Assembly (NCBI RefSeq): GCF_018350175.1
Contig: NC_058382.1
Location: 53,136,001-53,200,000, forward strand
DNA length: 64,000 bases
Reading direction: 5' to 3'
Origin: Felis catus
Lineage: Eukaryota
The position numbers and the translations under genes are program-made. The notes beneath the pieces are model-generated. The model was not told the origin of the DNA and did no database searches. It saw nothing but the letters and a program-made list of their open reading frames with translations. Below are positions 1-12,597 of the stretch, piece by piece. How positions within the stretch are numbered: the first letter of the stretch is position 1; every line of letters starts with the position of its first letter.

Positions 1-29
1 GCGCAAGGAATATTCACTGAGTGTATGGA

Positions 30-135
30 TTCTCTCGTATTCAATCCTCGTGATCAATTCTCCCCAGCTTTACAAATGAGGCAACTAGAGCATAGAGAAG
101 TTAATCGCCTGAAGTTTCATAGCCAGTAAGTAGAA
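30..135 (-). mobile_element. MIR SINE fragment
   Basis: ccccagctttacaaatgaggcaactagagcatagagaagtta resembles the reverse-strand MIR core. Confidence 0.65.
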
Positions 136-387
136 AAACTTTATTAATTCCCCTGGCAAAACAAAGACCGGCTGAGAATTCAGTCTGTACTGGGCAATGG
201 GTTACAGGAATGAATACCTCAGGCAAGATCCCCATCTGCACGGAACCCGAATGACCACAGCGATTCTACGGAGTCATGTGCAAATCTGTCTCACCCCCAA
301 GGCCGTATTTTTCTCCTGCATTCACTGCCTTCCATGTTTAGGCAAACATTACTGTGTCCCTGGACACAAGTTCAGCTGTTCTTTTTG

Positions 388-612
388 GGGTTTTTTTATA
401 TATTTTTTTAACATTTATTTATTTTTGAGATAGAGAGAGACAGAGCATGAACGGGGGAGGGGCAGAGAGCGAGGGAGACACAGAATCCGAAACAGGCTCC
501 AGGCTCCGAGCTGTCAGCACAGAGCCCGACGCGGGCCTCGAACCCACGGACCGCGAGATCGTGACCTGAGCTGAAGTCGGATGCTTATCGGACTGAGCCA
601 CCCAGGCGCCCC
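388..612 (-). mobile_element. CAN-SINE (SINEC_Fc-type), full length
   Basis: Reverse-strand head GGGGCGCCTGGGTGGCTCAGTC, CT-rich tract and A-tail; perfect 16-bp TSD tcagctgttctttttg at 372-387 and 613-628. Confidence 0.97.
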
Positions 613-1915
613 TCAGCTGTTCTTTTTGAAGACGGGAAGCCACTGGGATACCAGATATCCTGAAAGAAAGGTGTACTTCCATGACGCCTGGCTCATCGAT
701 TCGGGAAGTCGCCCCACGTCTAAGGCCAGATGGCAAACCGGCGCATCTCAGCCACTGCAAATGCCTCCACCCCCCATGACGGATTCAAGGCTTGGCACGC
801 ACACGCAGGGGGCACCCAGGCTAATCTCAAATCGTGAAAACTCTGGACGAGAGCAGATTGCCACGGCCCGAGCCCCAGCTGGAGTGAAGCAATAACTTGA
901 AAGGGAACTGAAATTCAGCAAACGCGAGGCCTCCAAATCCTCAAAGATGGCCTCCTCCACAGGCGACCTCTCCCGACCTTCCCAAGCCGCTCTGTCATTG
1001 GCACTCACCAGAAAAGGCATGGGGGGCAGGGGGGGGGCGGTGTGACTCAGCCAAGAGCCCGAAGTAAAATGCTGATAAGAGGAGACTGACTCACCCACAC
1101 GACTAGTTACTGGGTCAACCAGAGAAGACTTAGGAGTCTCTCTCCTCCAAAAGTTTCCTTCCCCGGGGGGGGGGGGGGGGAGGATCACCCGGCAAAAGTG
1201 TACCCGGCAAATTTCTGGATGGGGAAAGTGGGGCATTGAGGCTTTCTCGAAGTGCCAGGGACAGGTAGGGAAAGATGATGGAAGGTGGTTGGTTTTGAGC
1301 TCTTCCTCGTTGGTCTGAGAGTGGAGACCATCCGGTCACAGTCACAGTGGGCAGCAAGCTGGGGAACCCTTAAGACACCCAACTGTGGAGCACTCAGTGT
1401 GCTGGGTCCACGGGTAATGGCGTTCTAGACCCGCGGAGGTCCTGAGTGGATCTCATCCTGCCCACAGTGAAGCTGGCCCAATGGTGGCCAAACTCCTCTT
1501 GTGCCCTTTGCAAGGGCACACACCTGTCCCCCCCTGGAGAGAGGAGCATTTATAAGGAGCAAAAAAGCAGGGTTTATCTGTGTCCTGGAAAAGCACTGTC
1601 CCCTCTCCAGGATCTTAGGATACAGAGGGTTATCCTCTACCCCTCCCACTTTAGCATCCAATATGCAACCCATCAGTGACTTCTGGGTTGTGTTCTCACT
1701 TTTCCCCAAAGCACAGATCAGATTCGCTGCTGTTCTGTGGTCATTCCTCGCGGTCTCGCCTGGATGGCTGAAATACACGCCAGAGTCTACCCTACCAATT
1801 CCACCCCTGCTCTCCCTCCCTCGGCCCGTGATTCGGCCCCTACACGCTGGCCACAGTTATCTCTCTACAGGGTATCCACAGTCACAACTCCCTGACATCC
1901 TCCCAATGACTCACC

Positions 1916-2670
1916 TGTTCTGGGTATCTACGGCTATGCAACAACCTACATGAAAACGCAGCAGTCTAAAATGGCCACAGTTTAAAGGCAGCTTTCAGTC
2001 GTGTGTCAGGAATTCAGACACGGATCAGCTGGATGGTGTTTCTGCTTTACAGAGAGTCGACTGAGGCCCCCTGGGGGTACTCAGCTGGCATATGGCCTGG
2101 CTTAGAGGGTCGCAGATGGCCTCCGTCACCTATTCTGGGGTTGCGGTGGGGGTGACTGGAGAGCGGGGCTCAGAGGGGACGGCTGACTGGAGCATCTGTA
2201 TGTCGCTACTCCAACATGGCAACAGCAGGGTCATGTGGCTTCTCACATGGTGGCTTAGGACTCCCAGAGTTTCAAAACAAGAAGTCGAGGGGCGCCTGGG
2301 TGGCTCAGTCAGAGAAGCGTCGAACTTCAGCTCAGGTCAGGATCTCATGGCTCCTGGGTTCAAGCCCTGCATCGGGCTCTGTGTGGACAGCTCAGAGCCT
2401 GGAGCCTGCTTCAGATTGTGTATCCCCCTCTCCACCCTTCCCCGCTCACGCTCTCTTTCAAAAATAAACTTAAAAAAAAACAAACCAATGAGAAGTTGGA
2501 GATGCCCTTCCCTCAAAGTCAGAGATGGGAAACTGGCATAGCATCGCTTCTGCCATATTCCATTGGTCCAAGAAAACAGCTAGCCTCCTAGATTCAAGGG
2601 AAAGGACACAGATGCCCCCTCTCAAGGGGAAGAGTGTTCAGGAATATGTGGCCATCTTTAACTTGCCACA
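1916..2670 (-). mobile_element. MaLR solo LTR, MLT1H-like, interrupted by a SINE
   Basis: Reverse complement starts tgtggcaagttaaagatggccacatattcc and includes cccttgaatctagg and gaccaatggaatatggcagaag; ends ...gatacccagaaca; TG...CA termini. Confidence 0.8.
2289..2484 (+). mobile_element. CAN-SINE nested in the MLT1H-like LTR
   Basis: ggggcgcctgggtggctcagtc head, B-box ggttcaagccc, A-rich tail. Confidence 0.95.
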
Positions 2671-2714
2671 CAACCACATTCAGAAAGACATCCGCTTTCT
2701 TGGCTAACCAACAA

Positions 2715-2940
2715 GGCCCCGATGATCCAGCCCTTGACTGCCTTGTACCCCTTTCTTCCTCTCACTTCCCCCTGCAGCCATGTTGGATTCCGCCCTATCC
2801 CACAAACACACCAGGCTCCTGCTTCTCAACTCGGAAGCTTCACCTGTGCTGTTTCCTCTGTGTGAAACGTTCTTCCTCAAACTCTTCCTGGGCTGGCCCC
2901 TGTGCATTTTTCAGGTCTCAGCTCATGTGTCTCCCTGACA
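2715..2940 (+). mobile_element. L2 LINE fragment
   Basis: Pyrimidine-rich L2-like text, e.g. cacctgtgctgtttcctctgtgtgaaacgttcttcctc and ttcaggtctcagctca. Confidence 0.6.
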
Positions 2941-3920
2941 CTGATGACACTCACCAACATACTGTCCCAGTGAGCCCCTGAGCTCAGGCCACTACCATTC
3001 AAAACCATCTGGGCTAGAATGTTCTAGAAGGTCAACAGCTTCCCTTCAGAGACTGAAAGAACTAGTATGTGGCTCTAGGGAGACAGAAAACACCTCATTC
3101 CTTGACAGAGAGGAGTTTCAAGTCTGCCTGTTAAGTAGTAAATTAAGTATTATTTATCACCACACCCCCCAGAAAGAAAGCTTTACTTTTCTCATCTGGG
3201 AAACATGGAAAAGCAACATTCACCTCCAAGTGTTGTCATAAGAAAAAACTGAAGAGCTGGTCCCTGGGTATGCATTGTGGGGAGCGCCTGGGCATACAGA
3301 GTAAGTTTCAACACATTTTTGTTAAAAAAAGAGAGATTTTTTTTTTTCCTGAGTGCAAAGCCAGTTGTTACTAGACATTCTGGTTTGGCCTCTGAGTTCC
3401 AGATGGTTCTTTGTTTAATTTGAGAGCAGTCATCTCAGCCAGTCCCGGTCAGAAAATTCGATGCCTGCCATTCCTCGCGGGGAGGGCGAGGACGGGGTAA
3501 CTTGCTCAGAGTAAACAAGCTTAGGAACTGTAGGAGCAAACACATAACTGGCAAGAAAGATTTTTTTTTTTAATAATAGATGTTTAAAAGTGAATCCAAA
3601 CAAGAAAAATATACCCACCGAATAGGAATAAGTGTAATGTCTATCATGAACTGTGATATATGTCTGCTCTGAGACCAGCTCGACAAAAGGCCAAATTTTC
3701 TTAAAAGCATGTTAAAATATTAATAGATACCTGAAACAGTTCTCTTGCAACTTCTGCCAGTCCTCAGAAAGATTACATCAGACTGGAAGGAACCAGGAGG
3801 GACGCTGCATTGTCGTAGCAGTGGTGACCCATCGAGGGACCTTAGCTTCCACTCCAGGAGGGCAGGATGGGGTCTGGCGGGCAGGCCCCCGGTGGGTTCC
3901 ACAGTGCGAATTGGAAATAT

Positions 3921-4149
3921 ATTTTTTTATTTCTTTTTTAACATTGTATTTATTTTTGAGAGAGAGAGCGCGTGCACGAATGCACAAGCGGGGGAGGGGC
4001 AGAGAGAGAGGGAGACACAGAATCCGAAGCAGGTTCCAGGCTCCGAGCTGTCAGCACAGAGCCCGATGCGGGTCTTGAACCCACGAACCGTGAGACCATG
4101 ACTTGAGCCGAAGACTGAGGCTTAACCGACTGAGTCACCCATGTGCCCC
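3921..4149 (-). mobile_element. CAN-SINE
   Basis: Typical reverse-strand body; degenerate TSD gtgcgaattggaaatat (3904-3920) / gtgtgaatcagaattat (4151-4167). Confidence 0.95.
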
Positions 4150-4229
4150 TGTGTGAATCAGAATTATTGAGAAATTTCTTATTTGACCTCAGGAGCTGTG
4201 ATTCACTCCCTCCAGCAGGTTCTACATCC

Positions 4230-4500
4230 CCAACGCAGTCCACAAGGGCCTACTGGGCTTGGCTTCAACCTCTCACTGGCCTCTTCTCCCACCAGGACCC
4301 CGCTGAGCTCGAGCGCCATGGATAAGCTCTTCGGACTCTCCTATGCATCTAGCTCCCTCCTGCTGCAGGACCTTCAACCTGCTCTAGCCTCTTTCTAGAA
4401 CATTCTTTCCTTTCCTCTTCACTCCTTCAGTTACCTCCTCCTCGTCTAGGTCTCTGCTGGAGAGCTGCTTCTTCTAGAGCATCCCCAGACGCTTCCCATA
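4230..4500 (+). mobile_element. L2 fragment
   Basis: cacaagggcctact...ggaccttcaacctgctctagcctctttctagaacattctt resembles the L2 3' region. Confidence 0.5.
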
Positions 4501-4934
4501 AGTCCCGTAAGAGGAAGGACCTCTGTTTCCTTCCTCTCCTTTGCTGTTTCCTTTCCTCTCCTTGCCTCTCCACATGGATATGGGTGGTGTTGGGGCATCC
4601 ACAGCGTCTCTCACAATCCCCGTAGGGGCAGGGATCACATATCTGCTCGCTCACCATTGCATCCACAGTGTCCAGTGGAGGAGAAAGCCAAGAAGTAACT
4701 GCAAGTAATTCCAGAAAAATGTCCCAACACAGCAAGAGAATAAAGTTAATCCTCATGATTCCAAGAGGGGGGGAGGTGGGGGGAATTCATTGCTATGTCT
4801 CATTAACCTTATTGGTCTGGTCTGCCAAAGAAGCCTTCAGTCTCCTCTTTGCCTTATCAGTGAAAACCCATCAAGGAACAAAAAAAAAAAAATGCAACAT
4901 GTCGAAGGTGCTCTGGGATCTCTGACCTCTGGGG

Positions 4935-5260
4935 CCATGCTGGTGCTTAATCTCCCTCATGCCCCCATCTGTTTGTTATCCATCAATTACCCTCCTTGAC
5001 TTTGCTCCAAAACCAATTGGAATTAATGGTGCCATTTTGCCCCCCAGCTGCCCCAGCGCAGGATCTCAGTGCCCTCCTTGGCTCTTCCTTCTCTCATCTT
5101 CCTCAGCCAACTGGCCAACAAACTCTGTTGGACTTTCCTCCCACCGTGTTCACCGCTGGCTCTTTCCTCTCGAGCCTTTGCCTCTGCTTTAGTTCATGCC
5201 CCTCCACCTCGCTCCCAAATCACTGCAATTGCCAGGACAGCCTCTTACTGACTTCTTGCG
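4935..5260 (+). mobile_element. L2 fragment
   Basis: ttaatggtgccatt...ccagctgcccc...ctccttggctcttccttctctc...actgcaattgccaggacagcctct resembles the L2 ORF2 3' part. Confidence 0.55.
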
Positions 5261-7004
5261 ATCGCCCCTGATGGTTATCCTTTTTCCAGTGACACCTGGT
5301 AATATTTCTGAGTTACAGAGCATCCATTCAGCGGGTATTTATTGATGATGCTATTATAGGACAGCCACTGGGAAGGCACTGGGGATATAAGCCCACCGTG
5401 ACCTCCGAGAAGAGACAAGCACATGACAACAACCAACGGGAGAATTTGAGGGGCAAGGGGAGTGACTGCTGTCACAGAGGAATGAGCAGCCACAGGGAGA
5501 GGGGAGAGGGGAGTTGGGAGAAGCCACTTCTTCCTCCTCCTCTCCCTCCATTCCCCTCTGGCGTTGTCTGTCTCTCTTGCTTATTCATTCATTCAGAGAA
5601 CGCTGTCGGGTGACAGATCCGATAGAAATGCCTGACAGTGTGGGGGACGTATATGGAAATGAACATGGTATGGAGTCACCCCTTAGAAGGCTGACTTCTC
5701 CAGGCGTACGTGTGCACTCTTGGGTGTGCACAAGCTTCCCCGTGTCCGCGCTTGTGTGCACAGTGTTCAGTTCCTCTAGCAGAAATTGTATTACCTTCCA
5801 ACCTCCAGTATGTAACACAGGGCTGGGACAGAGTAAGTTGTCGGTGAGCATTGACGGAATAAATGAACGGAGGTAAAGGAATGACTGGTGTGAAAGGTTG
5901 ACGAGTGTTTTCCGAAGAATCAACCTCTGTCAGCAGGAGGGTTCTGATGCCTCAAGGTGAGTAGAAAATTCCCTATGAGCCAGAGGCAGAAATCTCTGGA
6001 GTTCCGCCTGCATAGGAGGGTTCAAGGCACTGATTTTATCCAGCTAAAAGGAGAGGATCCCTCCTCCCCTCCTGACGTTCTTGTCCTCCATCATGAATAT
6101 TCCAGACGCCCTGGGAGTTTGTACAGAGGCCTCGCTCGCCGCTCTCCAGGGCTTAGGGATTCCACACTGAACTGATGTCCTTTTTTCCTAGATGGAATGA
6201 GGAGGAGGAGAAGAGGAGAATGGCGGCCACCTCTTCCTGCACACCTCTTACGCACCAGGCACTGCCCTCGACAGCTGACTGGCAACCGACCACAAAAGTG
6301 GTTACTAGCACCATCACAGACGGGGCCACTGAAACTTACAGACACCGAAGGAACTTATTGTAGCTTACAGCCAGTCAAAGAATCACCCCTTTCTCCGCCC
6401 CGCTACATTCTGGCAAATTCCACTTTCATTCCCCATTGTTTCCAGCTTCTGAACCCAGAATGTTCCCGGAAGCACAAAATAATAAGGGAGGATGAAGGAC
6501 TTCATAAGCGGTTATGGAAACACGGACAGAATCAGAACACGTCCCATACTGGGCCGGAGATGTGGGTCAGAAGAAACGTGAATTAGCGACGAATCCTTCA
6601 CGATGGAAAACAAGTCGACAGGAGAGTTCAGTTTCTGGGTCCTGAGAAACCTGTCAGCGGAATCCTTTCAAAACAAGGATACTGCCCGGGAATACCGTGA
6701 AGCAACGAGTTGTCAAAACATATTTGGAGAGCAAACAGAGCACAGAAAGAGAAATGTTATTCCTTCCCATGACTTTGGATTTTAGTTTTAGTCACGTTTA
6801 GTTTGGTTGGATTTGGTTTTTGCGCATTCACTTTTTTGTCCTCTGGTTGTATTCTACGTTTTCTCTGTGTCTACTACACAAAAAAACAGGGTGGTTTCTA
6901 TCCTGATCTGCACTTCTAGAATCTCCTCTGCTTTTGCTTTCGACACATGGAGCTTGGAATATCGCTATATTTTAGCTTAGGTATTTTTTGCACTGGAAAA
7001 GTTC

Positions 7005-7688
7005 CAAGCCTGTGACCCAAGAATCCCACCCTTGGATACACCCCCCGCGGAAAGGTTCAAGTAGGTTCATCAGAAGCCATGTAGGAACATTTGTAGCTTC
7101 ACCACAACCGGAGCAACCCCAGAGCGGAGAAGCCCATCAGTCGTGGGACGCAGCACAGTGATGCGAAGAGCACCACTATGACCGATGTGACAGCATTGCC
7201 ATCCCTAAATGCAACTACCCGGGGGGATTTCAGAAGCACAATATAAAGACAAAGAAGTCAACGGAAAAAAACAGTGCTAAACTCGTTTACTTTCTCTTTT
7301 TTTTAAATGTTGATTCATCTTTGAGAGAGACAAACACAGTGTGAGTGGGGAGCGGCAGAGAGAGAGGGAGACACAGAATCCGAAGCAGGCTCCAGGCTCC
7401 GAGCTGTCAGCACAGGGCCCGATGCGGGGCCGGAACCCACGAACTGGGGCATCATGACCTGAACTGGAGTCGGACGCTTAACTGACGGAGCCACCCAGGT
7501 ACCCCAAAAGTGCTAAGCTCTTGACTGAGTTACTGTAAAACTCAAGCCAGACAAAACCAAGCTCTTCCGTTTCTTGATCTAGAGCATTAAGGTACGTTCA
7601 TCCTATTAAAATTCACGGAATTGCTCACTTATGATTTGAGTGCTTTTCTGTACATATTTTACACTTCGGCAGCAATTTTAATGAAAAT
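7005..7688 (+). mobile_element. Old L1M (L1ME-like) 3' fragment interrupted by a SINE
   Basis: tgtgacccaagaatcccacccttggatac resembles the ORF2 end; aaaattcacggaattgctcacttatgatttgagtgcttttctgtacat resembles the L1ME 3' terminus. Confidence 0.6.
7291..7505 (-). mobile_element. CAN-SINE
   Basis: Reverse-strand SINE body; TSD agtgctaa(a/g)ctc at 7273-7284 and 7509-7520. Confidence 0.95.
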
Positions 7689-7744
7689 AATCATCCATTA
7701 TTAAAAATAGGAATAGAGATAAGCAGGATGAAGGAATGAATATT

Positions 7745-8070
7745 TATCCATAATCTGACCACCAGAGATATCACTGTAAATATTTGTTTATATCCCCAAG
7801 TCTTTTTACATTTATTTTTAATGCATATATCTTTTAGGTGCATTATTTCAGCTGCTACATAATAGTAAATCAAACGATCATATGCTAATTATTTATCTCT
7901 TTTGTTACCGCTGAGCATGTGATTACTGTTATCGGCATTGTAAATACTGCCCCCAACGAATGGCTTTTTCTTTTCAGGACTTTCCTGAATTCACAATTTT
8001 TTTTTTCAGTTTAGAATCTCAGGAATAGAATTACTGGGTCCACTGGTGTACATGTTTTAGTTGCTATTTA
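7745..8070 (-). mobile_element. Old L1M fragment
   Basis: ccataatctgaccaccagagatatcactgtaaatatttg and aggaatagaattactgggtc resemble the reverse strand of old L1ME/MC 3' regions. Confidence 0.5.
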
Positions 8071-8649
8071 TAAACAGTCAATACCTGTTTTCATTTAGAC
8101 TTGAGTGAAAATAAACCAGGACCTTCTCTCAGGACCACTGGCCTGGCTTGGTCCCATCGAACGCAATTTTCTCCTTGTGACGGGTTCTACGTTCAAAACA
8201 AAACAAAACAAAACCACACGCCAGTTTCAGCTTGAAACCAAATGAAATGATGGGTCATGACTTTACGATAATCTGAGTAACGTTTCCTCTGGATCACAGA
8301 CCTGGCATGAGGATTCTCCTCTCTCGGGGAAGGTAAACTATCCTCACCTTGCCTGTCAACCCCAGCCGACGGGATGGGTCACGTCTGCCCGGAGAGCTGC
8401 ATCGAGAACTTTGAGGCCGAGCCTGGCTAGAGCACCAAGAGTGTTCTGATCCAGTGGCGATGCCTGCCTGCCAGGACGCTCACGCAGAGCGCTAGGATAC
8501 TGGCAGTGTGCCATCCGCGGCTTTGCTGATGTCACGGGCTGTCACTGCATTTACACAATGTGGAATTGCCCAGCAGAGGTCTATCTATGATCTGGGCAGG
8601 AGCAGACGGCAGAGAAGCAGTGATGCATCCTGGTCTGCTCTAAATGCAA

Positions 8650-8675
8650 ACACACACACACACACACACACACAC
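8650..8675. repeat. (CA)n microsatellite
   Basis: Directly visible. Confidence 0.95.
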
Positions 8676-8699
8676 TGCTTTAGAATATAGGCACACCAG

Positions 8700-8936
8700 G
8701 GTGCCAGGGCGCCTGGGTGGCTCAGTCGGTTAAGCGTCCAACTTCGGCTCAGGTCATGATCTCACGGTTTGTGGGTTCGAGCCCCGCGTCGGGCTCTGGG
8801 CTGACAGCTCAGAGCCTGCAGCCTGCTTCACATGCTGTGTCTCCTTCTCTCTCTCTCTGCCCCTCCCATGCTCATGCTCTGACTCTCTCTCTCAAAAATA
8901 AATAAACACTAAGAAAAATTAAAAAAAAAAAAAAAA
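8700..8936 (+). mobile_element. CAN-SINE
   Basis: Full body and long A-tail; perfect 18-bp TSD agaatataggcacaccag at 8682-8699 and 8937-8954. Confidence 0.97.
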
Positions 8937-11703
8937 AGAATATAGGCACACCAGCTCAGGTCAGGTAATCCTGTACAAAATTACACGCTATGTTTCTCTT
9001 ACTTTCTACCTAACTTTTTTTTAGAGTTTCAGCATCTCTTTACTTAAGCGAATGGTTTGTCCCGGATGCAAAGAACAGATGACCTTGGATAAGTGAGGGT
9101 CGCTCATCCCAACAACTGAGAGGCCCATGTCTTCCTGTGCCACTTTTGGGGAGGAGGAGGGAGACGCGAGGAGGAGGGAGACGTGAGGAGGAGGGCGCAT
9201 CTTAGGGCTGAATGTCCGTGAGGGGCATCGCTACGGCTTAAGACCCCCCCACACCCCCAGCTGAGGAGCTCTGGGCTTGAGGAGCCATTGTCCCGCCAGC
9301 TGGGGACGGGGTGGCTCACTGAGGCCCCACCAATGGGAAAGGGACGGAGACCCCGCTGGGACACGGTCTGAGTCCCCCCTGGAGCAGCTCACAGATTCTC
9401 GAAGGGTCTGAGGAAAGCCAAAAGAAAAACGCAACACGGGTCCGATGTCTCAAGTTCGCTCCTGGATCTAGGGAGTGTGCACTCTTCCTCAGCGGCCAGC
9501 GGTTTGCAATCAAATCCCCAAAGCGCATGGAGTACCTTGTAGGCTTAAGCTCCTTTGGCTTTAGCCAAACACTTGACTTTCTTACTACTTAATCATGGCT
9601 GATGCCCCTCAAAAATCTGGTCCGTATTGGCCAAATGCAACTCAGGCTTTTCCAGCAGAACTCCACTTGAAACCTGAAGTACACTAATTAAAACAACTAT
9701 TTACTGACCGCGAATTCTCAGCTTCCTTGCCTACAAGGCAAAATAATACCACCGACCTCAAGGAGAGTTGTGAGCATCGTGGGGGATGACCGTTATAATA
9801 GTAAGAGTATTAACACTAGCAGCGGTGATTTGAATGTTTCTCAGGCAGCAGGAATTGTGCTAATTATGATGCTTCCCCTTTAGTTGCGTTATCTGCACCA
9901 AAACAAATATGACAAACGGTAATGGTTTTATTACCATTAAATTTATTTACCATTTATTACCATTAATGGTTCGGAGCAATATTGCTGCAGACCCATAACC
10001 CAATGTGCTTCCCATACCTAGCATCAGCCCCTTGTACAGATAGGAAGACTGAGGCCAAAGCCTCAAAGCTAATAATATGGCAGAGCCACACATCAGTTCT
10101 AACCCAAAGCGACACACGCCGGCCATCAGCTCTGTGGCTCATGTATCACTCTGGTCTCTTTTTCACTCATTTGTCAAGTCACCTGCTTTCGTCCTAACTG
10201 CAGTTGCCTGCCGAGTCTGGGGGGACTAGGGGTGGCCCAAAGACTGTCCACGACTCTGGTCTTTCCTTTCAGTCCAGATGTGATGGGATGAATCTGAGGG
10301 CAGAGCCTCTCCCCCCCCCCGCCGAGGCCTCCGACACCCGGGACCAGAGGTGCACCCGCGAGCCCTCTGGCCTCCCGGGCCCGCGGGCTCACCCCCGCTC
10401 TGACCTCCCTGGACGGAACAGAGGCCACGAGCACACGCTAACCTTTGCGTTCAGAGGCCGGCAGCTGCTGCTGGAGATCAATGATAAGTAGAAAGCGTGC
10501 ACATCACCTACGACCGCCTGCTCTCCCTCCGAATCACGTGACTTCCTATTAACGGTATCTCTCGTCTTACCAAACCGATATTTCCTGTAAAGGGTTTAGA
10601 CTAATTGTGGTTTTAACAAGGGTAACATTATGCATTGCTGTGAGAGTGAACAACCATAGGTCAGACAGTCAGACGGTCAGTCTGGAAAACAGATCCATAC
10701 TCCGAATCTTTAAGGCTGATAGGAAACCCAGATAAGTGTGTCTGTGATGTGCAAGTTCGCCTGGGAAAATATAAGGGGAGAAAAATGAAGCCGGGGCTGG
10801 AGCAACCGCTTGGCTGGGAGGGCTTCCTCAAGGCTGGAGCACTGCATTTTTCTTTGGGGCTTATTTGAGGAACGCAATCTCTGAAGGCTGGGGGCCCTGC
10901 ACGCTGTTAGATGAGACCCCGACCATGCTTGGCGCAAGGAGGATCAGGTTGGTGGGGGGCTGTCATGCTCTTCCCCCCCTCCCCCCACCTCAGCAGCTCC
11001 CACGCAGATGACGTGGCTGCTGATGGCGATCTTCTCTTGGAGAGATTCCCTCCCGGCTCTGATCTTTCTCAACAGTTTGGAGGCCCTACAAGCACACTGC
11101 TCTTGAGAAAGGCTGAGGTTGCCTTGGAGAACGCGTTTGCCCTGACCGGCTGGCTATTCTGCAGAGTGGATGTGCTGTGATTGAACTCAGAGCTCTTGAA
11201 CTCAACCCGCACCTTGGAAAACAAAAACGAAGACGAGAGAAAGGTTTGAACTTCCTCCCTTAACCCACACCTGGCTCAACGGCCCCCTTTTCCTGTTGAG
11301 ACGTCAAGTGCGATCCGACAGGGTACCATTTATCACTTAGACACCCTCCCCTGTCTTCCTCTTCCTTTGCCCTGTCTCTTCCGCTTACTTTAGGTCAAAC
11401 TGAGACATTTCTTACAGGGGAGCTTTCAACTAGGGTGACACTTGCCTGATGCTGAATCTTGTTGCAAAATGCCACAAGCAAAGTCACCAGCCTCGAAAAG
11501 CAACACGTCAGAGGAGTTTTCTTTTTTTTTTTTTTAGGCACAACTCAATCATTTTCCTTTTTTGGCTCATCTAGGAGTTTCGTTCGGTACCTTAGTATCT
11601 AATCCTACCGGGGAGATTCAAAACCACCGCCATACAAGCCTAAAATCTGCTCCCACTACACCTCTGGCTGCTAATGCAAGATGCATGTGCCTATGTTTTA
11701 TAC

Positions 11704-11862
11704 TAGCACCGTCCAATGGCACTGGCCACAAGGGTGGGACTGTTCCATACCTGGGTTGTTCAATATGGAAGCCACTAGCCACCGTCGGGCAATCGAAAAG
11801 TGGCTTTTACAACCGAAGAACTGAATTTTAGACTGTTTTAATTTAAATTTCAAATTAAATTT
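11704..11862 (+). mobile_element. MER3-like hAT-Charlie non-autonomous DNA transposon
   Basis: gtccaat...caatatggaagccactagccac...gaagaactgaatttt...ttttaatttaaattt matches the recalled MER3 consensus. Confidence 0.7.
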
Positions 11863-11940
11863 AGGTATACAATAATGTAGAGCCTGAGAGAGCTGAGTTT
11901 ACCCTGAGCTGTGCTATTGATGAAGAAGTGGTAAGAATTC

Positions 11941-12171
11941 TTTTTTTTTTTTTTTTTTTTTTTTTAGAGCGAGAGCGCGCTCGCAAGGTGGGGGGGGGGG
12001 AGGCTACACATGTAAGCAGGGGAGGGGGGAGGGGCAGTGGGAAAGAATCTTTAGCAGATTCCATGCTCTGTGTGGAGCCCGACGCCGGGGTCCATCTCAC
12101 GACCCTGAGATCATGACCTGAACCGAAATCAAGAGTCGGACGCTTAACCGAATGAGCCACCCAGGAGCCCC
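11941..12171 (-). mobile_element. CAN-SINE, older subfamily (aaatcaagagtcgg type)
   Basis: Poly-T, then gagatcatgacctgaaccgaaatcaagagtcggacgcttaaccgaatgagccacccaggagcccc. Confidence 0.93.
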
Positions 12172-12365
12172 AAGATTGTTTTTTTAAACCACAATTATCC
12201 ATCCAACTGGTTTCTCTAGCCCCAAGCACTGCTTACAAGTCCCCACGTGGCACACGATCTTACTTTTGTTGGCCTGCACAAAGTATCTCAGAAGAAGCTA
12301 AAGTAGAAGATGCTAAATTGTTAAAATGGTGCATTGCTGAGGTTCGAAGCGAGACAAAGAAGAAG

Positions 12366-12597
12366 AGAAGATCCATGTGGGAGGGGAAGAAGAAAAAAAA
12401 GAGGTCGGAGAGGGAGAGAGCCAAAGCAGAAGAGACTCTTAAAAACTGAGAACAAACTGAGGGTTGATGGGGGGTGGGAGGCAGGGGAGGGTGGGTGATG
12501 GGTATTGAGGAGGGCACCTGTTGGGATGAGCACTGGGTGTTGTATGGAAACCAATTTGACAATAAATTTCATATTAAAAAAAAAAAGAAGAAAAGAA
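12366..12597 (+). mobile_element. Felid L1 3' UTR fragment, 5'-truncated
   Basis: aagagactcttaaaaactgagaacaaactgagggttgatgg...gggcacctgttgggatgagcactgggtgttgtatggaaaccaatttgacaataaatttcatatt followed by an A-tail. Confidence 0.92.

Noticed and set aside
419..760. Recurring peptide family GAWVAQSVKRPTSAQV...SLEPASDSVSPSLSAPPP in many ORFs
   Set aside because: Conceptual translation of CAN-SINE copies, not a gene family
9915..9972. Cluster of ttaccatt / aatggt direct and inverted repeats
   Set aside because: Low-complexity slippage product between MIR fragments; no further support
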